In this document: positions 20,470 to 30,694 of the stretch, one piece after another
Numbering within the stretch: the stretch's first letter is position 1
How the letters are laid out: every line of letters starts with the position of its first letter
DNA from: Phycisphaeraceae bacterium
GTDB taxonomy: Bacteria > Planctomycetota > Phycisphaerae > Phycisphaerales > Phycisphaeraceae
Length of the DNA: 64,000 nucleotides
NCBI GenBank assembly: GCA_963674705.1
Contig: OY771506.1
Coordinates: forward strand, 4,800,001 to 4,864,000
Reading direction: 5' to 3'
Position numbers and translations under genes: made by a program
Notes under the pieces: generated by a model
The model's input: the letters and a program-made list of their open reading frames with translations, nothing else
Database searches by the model: none
What the model was told of the DNA's origin: nothing

Positions 20470-21752
20470 GCTTGTCCACGTCCAAACGCATAGCAGTGAT
20501 CGGTTCAGGCATCTCCGGTATGGTCGCGGCATACAAGTTGAGTATGCACTACGACGTGACTATGTTCGAGGCCGGTGACTATGTCGGGGGACATACCAAC
20601 ACGATCCGTGTCGAATGTGATGGTGAAGTGCAACACGTTGACACCGGATTTATCGTGTTCAATGAGCATAATTACCCGAACTTTGTGGCGTTGATGAACG
20701 AACTCGGTGTCGCCTCACAACCAACCTGCATGAGTTTCAGCGTCCGCTGCGAAGACTCCGGCCTGGAGTACAACGGAACCAGTCCGAACAAGCTATTTGC
20801 CCAGCGACGGAATCTGCTTAGACCAAAGTTCTGGGGCATGCTTAAGCAGGTGTTGCGCTTTAGCCGTGAATCTCTGATCTTACTCGAGCAGACGGGTCCG
20901 GGCCCCACGGTCCGTGAATATGTCGAGGCTAAGGGGTATAGCCACGAATTCGTGGAACATTACCTGGTGCCACTGGGGACATCGCTTTGGTCAACACCGG
21001 CGCAGACATTCAGAGACTTCCCGATTAAATTCGTCGTACGTTTTTTATCCAATCACAACATGCTGCAGGTTGGAGGCCGACCGACATGGCGTGTGATCCA
21101 AGGTGGCTCGTTCCGCTATGTCGAAAAACTCACGGCACGGTACGCCAGTCGAATCCGACTAAGCTGCCCGGCTCAATCCGTGCTCCGCTTCCCCGACGGG
21201 GTCTGTGTCGAATCCTCCGGCTACGGATCGGAGTGGTACGACCACGTTGTGTTCGCATGCCATGCCGATCAGGCGCTACGCCTACTTGCCGACCCATCTC
21301 CCGTAGAACGTGAACTGCTTGGGGCGTTCCCCTATCAACCGAATGAGGCGGTCTTGCACACCGATACATCCGTGCTGCCAAGAAACCGACGCGCATGGGC
21401 CAGTTGGAACGCGACCGTATCAGACCGGCAGCGCGACTCGGTAGCCGTGACCTACAACATGAATATCCTCCAATCGCTCAAGAGCAAGCACACCTTTTGT
21501 GTCACACTCAACGACCAGGGCACAATCGATCCAACCAAGGTAATCCGACGGCTTAAGTACCACCATCCGATCTACACACTAGAACAGGAACACGCGCAAA
21601 GCCGCCATCACGAAATCATAGACAAGAACCGCAGTTCATATTGCGGAGCCTACTGGGGCTTTGGGTTCCACGAGGATGGGGTGCGAAGTGCCTTAGCGGT
21701 CTGCAACGCGATCATCCATAAGGCAGTCCATCAGGAGGCAGTTCATGCGTAG
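20466..21752 (+). CDS. FAD-dependent oxidoreductase (amine oxidase-like; UfaD-like)
   Basis: [37 protein letters not shown]. Confidence 0.88.
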   Translation: MSLSTSKRIAVIGSGISGMVAAYKLSMHYDVTMFEAGDYVGGHTNTIRVECDGEVQHVDTGFIVFNEHNYPNFVALMNELGVASQPTCMSFSVRCEDSGLEYNGTSPNKLFAQRRNLLRPKFWGMLKQVLRFSRESLILLEQTGPGPTVREYVEAKGYSHEFVEHYLVPLGTSLWSTPAQTFRDFPIKFVVRFLSNHNMLQVGGRPTWRVIQGGSFRYVEKLTARYASRIRLSCPAQSVLRFPDGVCVESSGYGSEWYDHVVFACHADQALRLLADPSPVERELLGAFPYQPNEAVLHTDTSVLPRNRRAWASWNATVSDRQRDSVAVTYNMNILQSLKSKHTFCVTLNDQGTIDPTKVIRRLKYHHPIYTLEQEHAQSRHHEIIDKNRSSYCGAYWGFGFHEDGVRSALAVCNAIIHKAVHQEAVHA

Positions 21753-22521
21753 TTGCCTTTATGAAGGCTGGACGCGCCACCGTCGGTACGCGCCGCGTGA
21801 GAACCACTTCCACTACAAGATGTTCATGGTCTATATCGACCTGGACGAGTTGGCGGAAGTCTTCCAGGGCCGCTGGCTATGGTCCGCAAAACGCCCGAAC
21901 CTCGCCTGGTTTCGCCGGCGGGACCACATGGGCGACCCGCAGGTTCCGCTGATCGAATCCGTGCGCGAAATGGTACAAGCAGAAACCGGCAGGTATCCGA
22001 CCGGGCCCATTGGGCTCTTAACGCATCTGCGTTACTTCGGCTACTGCATGAACCCGGTCAGCTTCTACTACTGCTGGGACCAGCCCGGGCAACGGGTTGA
22101 GACCATCGTCGCGGAGGTGCACAACACCCCATGGGGTGAAAGACACTGTTACGTACTGGATGAGAAGCAAAACATCGCGCATGGCAAGAAGAAGCGCTAC
22201 CGTTTTAACAAAGCGTTTCACGTGTCGCCATTTATGGGGATGAATCAAGTGTACGACTGGCGATTCACCGATCCGGATCAGCGAGTAGCTGTACACATGG
22301 AGAATATTGAGCAGGCACAGAAGCTCTTTGATGCCACCATGAGTCTGCATAGGCGTCCGATCACTGCCGCAACGCTAGCCCATGTGCTGATGGCTTACCC
22401 CGCCATGACACTGAAAGTGATCGCCGCAATCTATTACCAGGCCTTCCGGCTCTGGCTTAAACGCGTCCCCTTCCACCCCCACCCCAAGCATCGAGCAACG
22501 GCAAAGGCGGAATGCCCATGA
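21745..22521 (+). CDS. DUF1365 family protein (UfaO-like)
   Basis: [38 protein letters not shown]. Confidence 0.9.
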   Translation: MRSCLYEGWTRHRRYAPRENHFHYKMFMVYIDLDELAEVFQGRWLWSAKRPNLAWFRRRDHMGDPQVPLIESVREMVQAETGRYPTGPIGLLTHLRYFGYCMNPVSFYYCWDQPGQRVETIVAEVHNTPWGERHCYVLDEKQNIAHGKKKRYRFNKAFHVSPFMGMNQVYDWRFTDPDQRVAVHMENIEQAQKLFDATMSLHRRPITAATLAHVLMAYPAMTLKVIAAIYYQAFRLWLKRVPFHPHPKHRATAKAECP

Positions 22522-23816
22522 GCGATACACTCATTACCAGCAATAGCGTTAGAAATAAAACCTCACGAATGAGCCCCGTTGACCGCGTCGCAAGGATACT
22601 AGTGCATAATCGCCTGGGTCGGTTGCATAAAGAACGCATTCAAATAACCGATGAACTGGGATCTAGTGAATATGGCCAACCATCAGATAACGAGTTGACG
22701 GCCTCGCTCCGGGTGCTCAGTTCGTCCTTCTACCGCGCAGTGCTTACCGGCGGCGCACTTGGATTCGCCGAGTCATACATCAACCGTCTGTGGGACACCG
22801 AGGATCTTACGACCCTGTTGCGCGTGATGGTCCGCAATATCGGGTTGGCTCATGATGCACAACGGGGCCCCGCCGCTCTCGCCCAATGGCTCGCACGTGC
22901 CTGGCACCGGATACACGACAACACGCTTGGCGGCAGCCGACGAAACATCCATGCACACTATGATCTCGGTAACGATTTGTTTGAGTTGTTCCTCGATCCA
23001 ACAATGACGTACTCGTCGGGTATCTTCGAGCATCCTCATATCTCATTGGAGGAGGCGTCCATCGCAAAGCTGGACCGTCTCTGCCGTAAACTCGATCTCG
23101 GGTCTGAAGACCACCTGCTTGAAATCGGTACAGGCTGGGGGAGTATGGCGATACATGCCGCGCAACGCTACGGCTGCCGGGTCACAACCACAACGATCTC
23201 GCGTGAACAGTTTGATCTGGCGAATCAGCGCATCACAGCAGCTGGGCTGAATAACCGTGTCGAACTGTTGCTGGCGGATTACCGTAAATTGTCCGGTCGA
23301 TATGACAAGCTCGTGTCTATTGAGATGATTGAGGCGGTCGGGCACCGACATCTTGACACCTTCTTTGCAGCATGCAGTCGATTGCTTAAGCCGGAGGGCG
23401 TGATGGCGCTTCAGGCAATCAATATGAACGATCAGCACTACCGGCGATATCTTCGATCTGTCGACTTTATCCAGCGCTATGTCTTTCCCGGAAGTTGCTG
23501 CCCTTCGTTGGGCGCCGTGGTCGGGTCGATAGGTCGCGCCACGGATATGCGTCTGTTTCATGTCGAAGAGATCGGACCGCATTACGCCGAAACACTACGG
23601 CGATGGCGCAATAACTTCGAGTCAAACACCGACCGAGTGCGCGATCTCGGTTATTCCGACGCTTTCCAGCGTCTCTGGCAGTATTACCTGTGTTACTGCG
23701 AAGCGGGATTTGAAGAAAGGTACATCGGTACGATTCAGGCCATACTGACCAAGCCGAGGTGCCGGCGTGCACCCCTGTTGTCGGAACTGAATACTGCGTA
23801 TGAGGTGCATGAATGA
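22518..23816 (+). CDS. Cyclopropane-fatty-acyl-phospholipid synthase family methyltransferase (Cfa/UfaM-like)
   Basis: [48 protein letters not shown]. Confidence 0.92.
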   Translation: MSDTLITSNSVRNKTSRMSPVDRVARILVHNRLGRLHKERIQITDELGSSEYGQPSDNELTASLRVLSSSFYRAVLTGGALGFAESYINRLWDTEDLTTLLRVMVRNIGLAHDAQRGPAALAQWLARAWHRIHDNTLGGSRRNIHAHYDLGNDLFELFLDPTMTYSSGIFEHPHISLEEASIAKLDRLCRKLDLGSEDHLLEIGTGWGSMAIHAAQRYGCRVTTTTISREQFDLANQRITAAGLNNRVELLLADYRKLSGRYDKLVSIEMIEAVGHRHLDTFFAACSRLLKPEGVMALQAINMNDQHYRRYLRSVDFIQRYVFPGSCCPSLGAVVGSIGRATDMRLFHVEEIGPHYAETLRRWRNNFESNTDRVRDLGYSDAFQRLWQYYLCYCEAGFEERYIGTIQAILTKPRCRRAPLLSELNTAYEVHE

Positions 23817-24601
23817 TCCTTTGGAAAGCATTACTGATCGGCTGGCTGATTATGGCTGCGCTGATGCTCGGCCTCTGGCTTATCCAGCGCCGAACACACA
23901 ACGCCGGGATCGTGGACATCGCTTGGTCATTCGGGACGGGCCTGATGGGTGTATGGTTTGCATGGTGCTCGGACGGGTACACGCCGCGCCGTTGGTTGGT
24001 GGGTGTGCTGGCGGGGCTATGGGGCATACGTTTGGGCGTGTACCTGTTGCAACGGGTGATGCGAGAAGAAGAGGACGGCCGATACACCATGCTGCGCGAA
24101 CGATGGGGCGAAAACACGCAGCGGAAGTTGTTCTTTTTCTTCCAACTCCAGGCGGCCTGGGCGGTTTTGTTCGCATTACCGATGTGGGTGGCTGCGGACA
24201 ACACCGCAACTGACTTGCGGTGGCACGACTACGCCGGCGCCTTGGTCTGGCTGATCGCTGTCGTGGGTGAGTCTATCGCGGATGCACAACTGGACACTTT
24301 CCGCAAGCAGCCGGCCAATAAGGGGAAAGTCTGTGACCGAGGGTTGTGGCGCTACTCACGCCACCCCAACTACTTCTTCGAGTGGATCGGCTGGTGGTCA
24401 TATGTCTTAATCGCCCTCGGTGGATCATACGCGTGGACCGCGTTGGGCGGGCCGTTAGTGATGTACTGGTTCATCACACGTGTGACAGGAATCCCCTTGA
24501 CCGAGAAACAGGCGATTCGCAGCCGCAGGGATGCTTATCGTCGTTACCAACAAACAACCAACGCCTTTTTCCCGGGGCCTACACGAAAGACCGAGGTGTA
24601 A
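23813..24601 (+). CDS. DUF1295 (steroid 5-alpha-reductase-like) membrane protein
   Basis: [26 protein letters not shown]. Confidence 0.88.
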   Translation: MILWKALLIGWLIMAALMLGLWLIQRRTHNAGIVDIAWSFGTGLMGVWFAWCSDGYTPRRWLVGVLAGLWGIRLGVYLLQRVMREEEDGRYTMLRERWGENTQRKLFFFFQLQAAWAVLFALPMWVAADNTATDLRWHDYAGALVWLIAVVGESIADAQLDTFRKQPANKGKVCDRGLWRYSRHPNYFFEWIGWWSYVLIALGGSYAWTALGGPLVMYWFITRVTGIPLTEKQAIRSRRDAYRRYQQTTNAFFPGPTRKTEV

Positions 24602-24603
24602 CT

Positions 24604-25716
24604 ATGTATGAATGGATGAGCAAGCAGGCGGTTTCGTGGATCGAATCGGGACGGCTACCCGACACGATCGTGCGACTGGGTATCCGCAGACTCTGCGCCC
24701 AGCGTCTGCGGAACGAGCAATCACAAGACTGTGAGGAAGAAGCCAAACGCCTTCAGGCTTTTATTGATTCGACACGTAACGGACCGATCGCACCTGTGCC
24801 GGAGGCCGCCAACGAGCAGCATTACGAATTGCCGCCCGAGTTTTTCGGCCATGTCCTGGGCCCGCGGCGAAAATACAGCAGTTGTTACTGGCCCGATGGG
24901 GTTGGCAGCTTAGCCGAGGCGGAAAGAGCGGCATTGAAGGCGACCTGCATCCACGCCGAATTAAAGGACGGCCAAGATATCCTCGAGTTGGGTTGCGGCT
25001 GGGGCTCGCTGACACTGTGGATGGCTGAAAAGTATCCGGCAGCGCGAATCACTGCGGTATCCAACTCGGCGCCGCAACGTCAATACATCATGTCACGCGC
25101 AAGCGAACTGGGGTTGCAGAACGTAAAAGTACACACCGCGGATATGAATCAGTACCAATCCGATCGCCGATATGACCGCATCGTCTCCGTGGAGATGTTC
25201 GAACATATGCGGAATTATGAACGGCTTCTGTCACGCATTGCGGATTGGCTCAAGCCCGAAGGCAAGCTCTTCGTACACATCTTCTGTCACAGGCAATACG
25301 CCTACCCGTTCGAACCGACCGGCGCCATGTCGTGGATGGCGCGATACTTTTTCACCGGCGGGATCATGCCTTCCGACGGCCTGCTGCACCGGTTTGGGAA
25401 ACACCTGCACGTCGCAAATCAGTGGCGTTGGTCAGGGCGTCACTACGAGAATACAGCCAACGCGTGGCTGGCCAATCTCGACGCTCGGACCGAACAAGTT
25501 CTACCAATCCTCGCTGAGACGTACGGGCCCAGGAGTGCGCGTCTTTGGCTGCAACGCTGGCGCATCTTCTTCATGGCATGCGCTGAATTATTCGGCTACC
25601 AGAACGGCGGACAGTGGTGGGTCAGCCACTACCTGCTTGAACCAGTAAGCGCAATACGATCAGAACGCACTGTTCGGCACAGACATGATGAATCACCCGT
25701 AAATGCGCTTGTCTGA
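24604..25716 (+). CDS. Second SAM-dependent methyltransferase of the CFA-synthase-like family
   Basis: GAGGTG RBS before ATG 24604; [39 protein letters not shown]. Confidence 0.9.
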   Translation: MYEWMSKQAVSWIESGRLPDTIVRLGIRRLCAQRLRNEQSQDCEEEAKRLQAFIDSTRNGPIAPVPEAANEQHYELPPEFFGHVLGPRRKYSSCYWPDGVGSLAEAERAALKATCIHAELKDGQDILELGCGWGSLTLWMAEKYPAARITAVSNSAPQRQYIMSRASELGLQNVKVHTADMNQYQSDRRYDRIVSVEMFEHMRNYERLLSRIADWLKPEGKLFVHIFCHRQYAYPFEPTGAMSWMARYFFTGGIMPSDGLLHRFGKHLHVANQWRWSGRHYENTANAWLANLDARTEQVLPILAETYGPRSARLWLQRWRIFFMACAELFGYQNGGQWWVSHYLLEPVSAIRSERTVRHRHDESPVNALV

Positions 25717-25748
25717 ATGACATTAAATAGACCAGGAGTTCTTTGATC

Positions 25749-26102
25749 ATGTCCAGAAGTCAAACGATCGTAGCTTATTTGCTCGCAATAATCGGAACAC
25801 TTGCGATGGTGGTTGTCATCGGACACGGATTCCTGGACGGAAACTTCCGTCAGGAAGGCAGGTGGCTGCTGGACCATCCCTGGGGCCGCGTCACCCTGGT
25901 AGACCTATACGTGGGATTCTTACTCTTCGCCGGTTGGGTATTCCAGCGTGAACGGTCTAAATTGATCGCAACAATCTGGTTGATATCGCTGTTGGTGCTG
26001 GGGCACTTGGCAGCATCTGTCTATGTCATCCGTGCATTATTACAGAGCCGGAATAATGCAGAGCACTTCTGGATAGGTAAAGATACTGAGGGCCGACAGT
26101 AA
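25749..26102 (+). CDS. Small membrane protein, DUF1475-like
   Basis: PWGRVTLVDLYVGFLLFAGWV..RE; AGGAG RBS. Confidence 0.72.
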   Translation: MSRSQTIVAYLLAIIGTLAMVVVIGHGFLDGNFRQEGRWLLDHPWGRVTLVDLYVGFLLFAGWVFQRERSKLIATIWLISLLVLGHLAASVYVIRALLQSRNNAEHFWIGKDTEGRQ

Positions 26103-26244
26103 TTATAATTAATGCGGACGTATATTTACGCTATTGTGGATCATGAAATCTGGCTCTTCGTAGACCTTATTCGTGGGGAAAGCTATCGCGGCTGACAAAA
26201 GATGTTTATTCCGTAGTTACGGAATATTGATTTTTATAAACAAC

Positions 26245-26286
26245 GGGCCCGGCAGGGCTTGAACCAGCGACCTCACCCTTATCAAG
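26245..26286 (-). repeat. tRNA-Ile(GAU) 3' fragment, att-like site, copy 2 (two substitutions)
   Basis: gggcccggcagggcttgaaccagcgacctcacccttatcaag versus copy 1. Confidence 0.88.
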
Positions 26287-26340
26287 CAAATACTATAAAA
26301 CATTTAAGCCAATTGCCGTCAGCATCTTAACTTGCAATAG

Positions 26341-26366
26341 CACTTTCGCATTGCTTCGCGGTTACC
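26341..26366 (+). repeat. Two 10-bp TCGC units ending in GTTACC
   Basis: cactttcgca-ttgcttcgcg-gttacc, preceded by the conserved taagccaat...cagcatcttaac linker. Confidence 0.8.
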
Positions 26367-26775
26367 ACATAGCCACACGCTTGCATGGCCGATCCGTTCT
26401 GGTCGAGTACCGCATCACCTTACGCGCAAATCAAAAGGCCTACCTACGTGTCAAGGCGAGCTCTCGCAACAGCTTATCCAGGTCCGCGTTGCCTGCTGAA
26501 AGACCACATGCATTGAGTTCATGTACCACTGCACCTTCAACATATTCTTTCATACTGACAGGCCAATGTGAGTCAACATCATAGTAGCACGTTAAGCTGT
26601 ACTCTTGCCGCCAGAACCATGTGACGAATACGTTGATAATGAATTGCCCGGTCCGATAGCATCATCACGGCGCACACATGTAGAAGCAAGCCAATAATAG
26701 CATGTATGAGAACAGCTAACTAAGCTACATTCTTGTGATCACAAGCCGTTGAGCCACCTTAACCAGTTCAAGTAT

Positions 26776-28350
26776 TTAGGTCCTTCGCACCCGTAGCCAT
26801 AACCAACTCATTGAACCAAACATAACATAAGTCATGGGTTCAGGGATACTGATGCTGCGTGGTGGTGTCCCCGCGTTCCAGTTGTTCAGTACGATATCCA
26901 GATCGTCCAAGCCGACGAATCCGTCCCCGCTCGGATCGGCCAGGAGATCACCCGGCGGGATCGTTTGGTTCCAGTTGGTAAGGATAATGTCAAGATCGTC
27001 CAACCCGACAAAACCGTCGCTGTTGAGATCGCCAGGGATACTCGGTACGGGAAGAGTTAACTGGATCGAGTAGGCAGTATCTCCATTATTACTGGTGTCA
27101 TGCGTATCGCGTCCAATGAAGAAAACGGTCACAAGATTGTTGGCATCACGGTCGGTCATGGCCAGGCCAAGTTGGATTTTTGTGAGTGTTTCGCCGGTAT
27201 CCACCACATTGCCGATGGTGACATATTCGACATCGTTGATAAAGATGGAATCTCCAAAGGTGTAAGCGACATCACCTTGTTCATTGATCACGACATTCTT
27301 GGCCTGACCGGTGAGGGTGGTTGTCCCGCCGGACTCGGTCGGCAGGGAATCACCTTCGCGGGCGACGATGGTACCATCGACAACGATGACGGCATCGTTG
27401 CTGACGTGGTCGGTATCCCCGGCAACAGCCCATTTGCCGTCATTATTGACCGCATAGCGTGAGTACGATCCGTCCCAGCTATCGCCTATCCCGCCGTCGG
27501 CAACGGGGATGGTTTGACCTTCAAGCAGGAAGGCATTGGGATCGCTCGCAAACGCAGCGGCACTACCATTGAGAATCATGAGGTTGGTGATCGGGAAGGG
27601 TGTAGAGGGACTCCAGACAGCAGGATTGACATCAATTTCAGTCATGAAGTTGGAGCCGTCAGGTGACATGAAAATGTTGCCGATGCTACCGAGGTCATCA
27701 TCAAGGACGTTGCCGCCGTAGCCGCCGATGGGATCGCCAGTCTTGAAGATAGGCGTGCCCGTGCCGGAGAAGAAGCCAGTCTGGTTTCCGCCAAAGCCCG
27801 CCTTGTAGTAGAGAACACCTGTGTCGCTGAAGCCGGTGAGCCCGAAGAACTCGAAGCTCTGCCCGGGGATACCGGAGATGGAATCACCTTCAAAGAGTAC
27901 TGGTGCGTTGTCAATCCAAACGGTATTGATTTGGGTTCCGCCGGGGCTGGTGGAAACATCGGCTTCGTATGCAAAATGGCCGGTGTTGTTGAAATAACCG
28001 GTGCTGCCGTAACCTTCTCTATAGTAGGTAGTGGGACCGATGGTGACATCAGTTTCTTCTTGAAGGACGCTGGATGCGGTCAGAGCGTCGGGTCTGCCAT
28101 AGAGAAAGCCGTAGCCGGTATTATTAAACGGGGGGTAAGTTCGCCCGCGGATGGCGTAAGCACCGGTGGCGTTGGTACGAATGTCACCGAGGCCTTCAAT
28201 GAAATCAGCGAAGCCGTCTGGCGTGTCGTACCAATCAAGTTCGCCGATCAGGCGGGTGGCAGTAGCAGCAGAAACATGGTTGGCTGGATATAAGATGCCT
28301 CCACAAGACAATAGGGCCACAAAAGTACAGCTATAGCAGTAATTAAGCAT
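26776..28350 (-). CDS. Secreted PEP-CTERM protein with NxxGxxAF-like repeats and dockerin-like module
   Basis: NATGAYAI, NNTGHFAY, NNDGKWAV, NEQGDVAY; GDLNSDGFVGLDDLD; IPEP tail. Confidence 0.82.
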   Translation of the reverse strand: MLNYCYSCTFVALLSCGGILYPANHVSAATATRLIGELDWYDTPDGFADFIEGLGDIRTNATGAYAIRGRTYPPFNNTGYGFLYGRPDALTASSVLQEETDVTIGPTTYYREGYGSTGYFNNTGHFAYEADVSTSPGGTQINTVWIDNAPVLFEGDSISGIPGQSFEFFGLTGFSDTGVLYYKAGFGGNQTGFFSGTGTPIFKTGDPIGGYGGNVLDDDLGSIGNIFMSPDGSNFMTEIDVNPAVWSPSTPFPITNLMILNGSAAAFASDPNAFLLEGQTIPVADGGIGDSWDGSYSRYAVNNDGKWAVAGDTDHVSNDAVIVVDGTIVAREGDSLPTESGGTTTLTGQAKNVVINEQGDVAYTFGDSIFINDVEYVTIGNVVDTGETLTKIQLGLAMTDRDANNLVTVFFIGRDTHDTSNNGDTAYSIQLTLPVPSIPGDLNSDGFVGLDDLDIILTNWNQTIPPGDLLADPSGDGFVGLDDLDIVLNNWNAGTPPRSISIPEPMTYVMFGSMSWLWLRVRRT

Positions 28351-28523
28351 CTCTTATACCTCTCCCAAAAAGGGCAAATCAGTTTGTCTAGACGTATCAT
28401 AGCCCTATGATTTCTGAGGTTCTATTGTATAATAGGCTTAGTGCCTAGTATAGTATTTTTATTGAAAACAGAGCAAAAGAATGCCTGAAGGGTCTCAGTT
28501 CTGGCCCGTGTGTGGTGAGAGCT

Positions 28524-29207
28524 ATGCAAGCATATGAAATCCGACGCGCCTTCACGTTGATCGAATTGCTGGTTGTCATTTCGATAATTGCCTTGCTGAT
28601 TGGGATCCTGCTACCCGCGTTGGGTGCCGCCCGCAAGACCGCCAACAATGCTGTGTGTATGTCCAACCTCCGGCAGTTGGGCACAGCATCCATTATGTAT
28701 GCTAATGCGCATGATGGGTATCTGCCTGACGGTAAGACACTGGGTGGCAAGTCCTTCCGCATTCAGCCTGATAGTTATGTGCCTGAATATTGGCACCCTC
28801 GGTATGTCGGGATGGGGCCTGAAACACTTGGCCTTCCGGCGCTGTTGAGCGGATTGGAATACATGGGAGGCAAGCTTGATGTCTGGGTCTGCCCTTCCAA
28901 CGAGCTGTATGAGGTGTTCGGCAATACCTACAATGTGCCAGCTCATGAAGGCCTGCCCCAGAATGATCCACAGGTTTTGTACCGCTATTTCTATGGTGGC
29001 CAAGCGAACTTCGCCACACCTTCGGAGCGTGCCTGGATATCCGATGAGATCGTGCTGGGCCCGGCACGCCCGGGCTTTACTGGGCCACATGGCACAAGTA
29101 ATCTGGCAGCAGATGCAAGGCCTATCCTGCATGGCGGCGACACACCCGAAGAATCTCGGCAGCGTTTCTTCTTAGATGGCCACGTTGCTAAAGATCCGCC
29201 AGAATAG
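28524..29207 (+). CDS. Prepilin-type N-terminal cleavage/methylation domain protein (DUF1559-like)
   Basis: [37 protein letters not shown]-terminal FFLDGHV. Confidence 0.9.
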   Translation: MQAYEIRRAFTLIELLVVISIIALLIGILLPALGAARKTANNAVCMSNLRQLGTASIMYANAHDGYLPDGKTLGGKSFRIQPDSYVPEYWHPRYVGMGPETLGLPALLSGLEYMGGKLDVWVCPSNELYEVFGNTYNVPAHEGLPQNDPQVLYRYFYGGQANFATPSERAWISDEIVLGPARPGFTGPHGTSNLAADARPILHGGDTPEESRQRFFLDGHVAKDPPE

Positions 29208-29288
29208 GCTTCACCTATCTTGCATGCAACATCGCCGCAAACACACATATCAGATCATTATTACAAACTGTCATGCATTCATGCGATG

Positions 29289-29327
29289 AAAAAGCCCACG
29301 AACGCCATATCCGTGGGCTTGTTTTTT
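29289..29327. terminator. Likely bidirectional intrinsic terminator between convergent genes
   Basis: AAGCCCACG...CGTGGGCTT stem flanked by A-run and T-run. Confidence 0.7.
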
Positions 29328-29351
29328 GTGATTATCGCAAATCGCCTAATA

Positions 29352-30383
29352 TTAGCGGCGACGCAGCATGGCCAAGCCGCCAAGACCAAGCAACGCTAGG
29401 CTGGCAGGTTCGGGCACGGCGTAGATGCCGGCCACCTGACCGCCAGAAGCGAGGGTCTGGGACCAAGCGAGTTCGCCGTTATAGCTGAAGAAGCTCGAGA
29501 CGAAGTCGCTGCCGGCAGGGCCATTGACCAACGCGTTTTCGTCTAGTACGGTCGTTAGAGTGACAAGAGCGTTACTAGGATCCAAACTCTTGATCGAGTC
29601 GAATGTGCCGCCGTCACGGAAGACCAGCAAGCCGTCGACAAAGTTAAACGCCGTGGTCGAGAAGCCTACGTCATTGCCGACTCCTACGATCTGTTCCTCA
29701 GTCAGCACGACACCACTGGAAGGGCCGGAAGGATCGTAGAAGCTGATATCTTCACCCACGGAATCCGTGCTCTGTCCGAGGTAGATCACGCCGTTGTCGC
29801 CCACAGCCACACCGCTCGGGCTGCTGTCGCCGGTGATGGCGGTCAGTTCTAGGTCGGTCAGCACAGTGGCGAGACCGTTCACTGCACCGGTAGTCTTGAG
29901 CAGTTGGTCTGAGGTGCTTTGATAGAAGACCATGTTGCCGTCGGTTGGATCAACCGCGGCGAAGGAAACACTGCCGCCAATGGTGGCATTATCGACCAAC
30001 AATGTAGCCGCTCCAGATACCTGGTCGATCTTGACAATCTGATCGGTCACCAGATCCAAGATCAACAGATCAGAACCGGAAGCATAGGGGATGCCGGCGA
30101 TACCTGTTGGGGTGGCATTGACAGTCGTGTTCCACGTAGCGGTATCGACAAGCGTGGTAACGGTGTTGGCCCCGCCGACGTCGCTGATTTTGACAACACG
30201 GTGCAGGCCGGAACCCGATAGCACTGCATAGGCGTCATTGCCGACGATGGTGGCTGAGTTCAGCAATGAAGCGTCCCCGCCATTGATCGTAGGCAGATCG
30301 ACTAACTGAAAGTAAGCCTGTGAAGATGTAGCGGTGAGCATCATTGCCGATGCCGCCGATACCATTAGATACGATAGCTTCAT
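29352..30383 (-). CDS. Secreted PEP-CTERM protein (possible beta-propeller)
   Basis: Signal peptide; VPEPASLALLGLGGLAMLRRR; GGAGAGGAG RBS. Confidence 0.85.
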   Translation of the reverse strand: MKLSYLMVSAASAMMLTATSSQAYFQLVDLPTINGGDASLLNSATIVGNDAYAVLSGSGLHRVVKISDVGGANTVTTLVDTATWNTTVNATPTGIAGIPYASGSDLLILDLVTDQIVKIDQVSGAATLLVDNATIGGSVSFAAVDPTDGNMVFYQSTSDQLLKTTGAVNGLATVLTDLELTAITGDSSPSGVAVGDNGVIYLGQSTDSVGEDISFYDPSGPSSGVVLTEEQIVGVGNDVGFSTTAFNFVDGLLVFRDGGTFDSIKSLDPSNALVTLTTVLDENALVNGPAGSDFVSSFFSYNGELAWSQTLASGGQVAGIYAVPEPASLALLGLGGLAMLRRR

Positions 30384-30694
30384 ATGTTTCTCCTCTCCTG
30401 AGTAGTACTAACTGCATTGATGCAAAAAACAATACGCGGATGCAGGCTGAGCATTCCAAAATATTGATTAATAGCAGACGAGTACAGCACTTATAAAGAC
30501 GCCCGCATAAAATTCTACTTCCTTGATTTTATTGATTTTAAGCGTGATGTCAACGAAAATACAGTGTTACTTATATATTCGCAGGGACTTCTTGTATAAG
30601 ATGGGCCCGTTCTCTAAGAATCACAAGATATTTAGCGCGTTTAATCCACAGGCATACAATAAGTTACAGATGATAGACCGTCTGATTGGATAAA

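Noticed and set aside
24346..24603. N-terminal extension of the second methyltransferase (likewise 19384, 39643, 40747, 60792)
   Set aside because: Extensions overlap upstream genes or promoters; better RBS-ATG starts lie downstream
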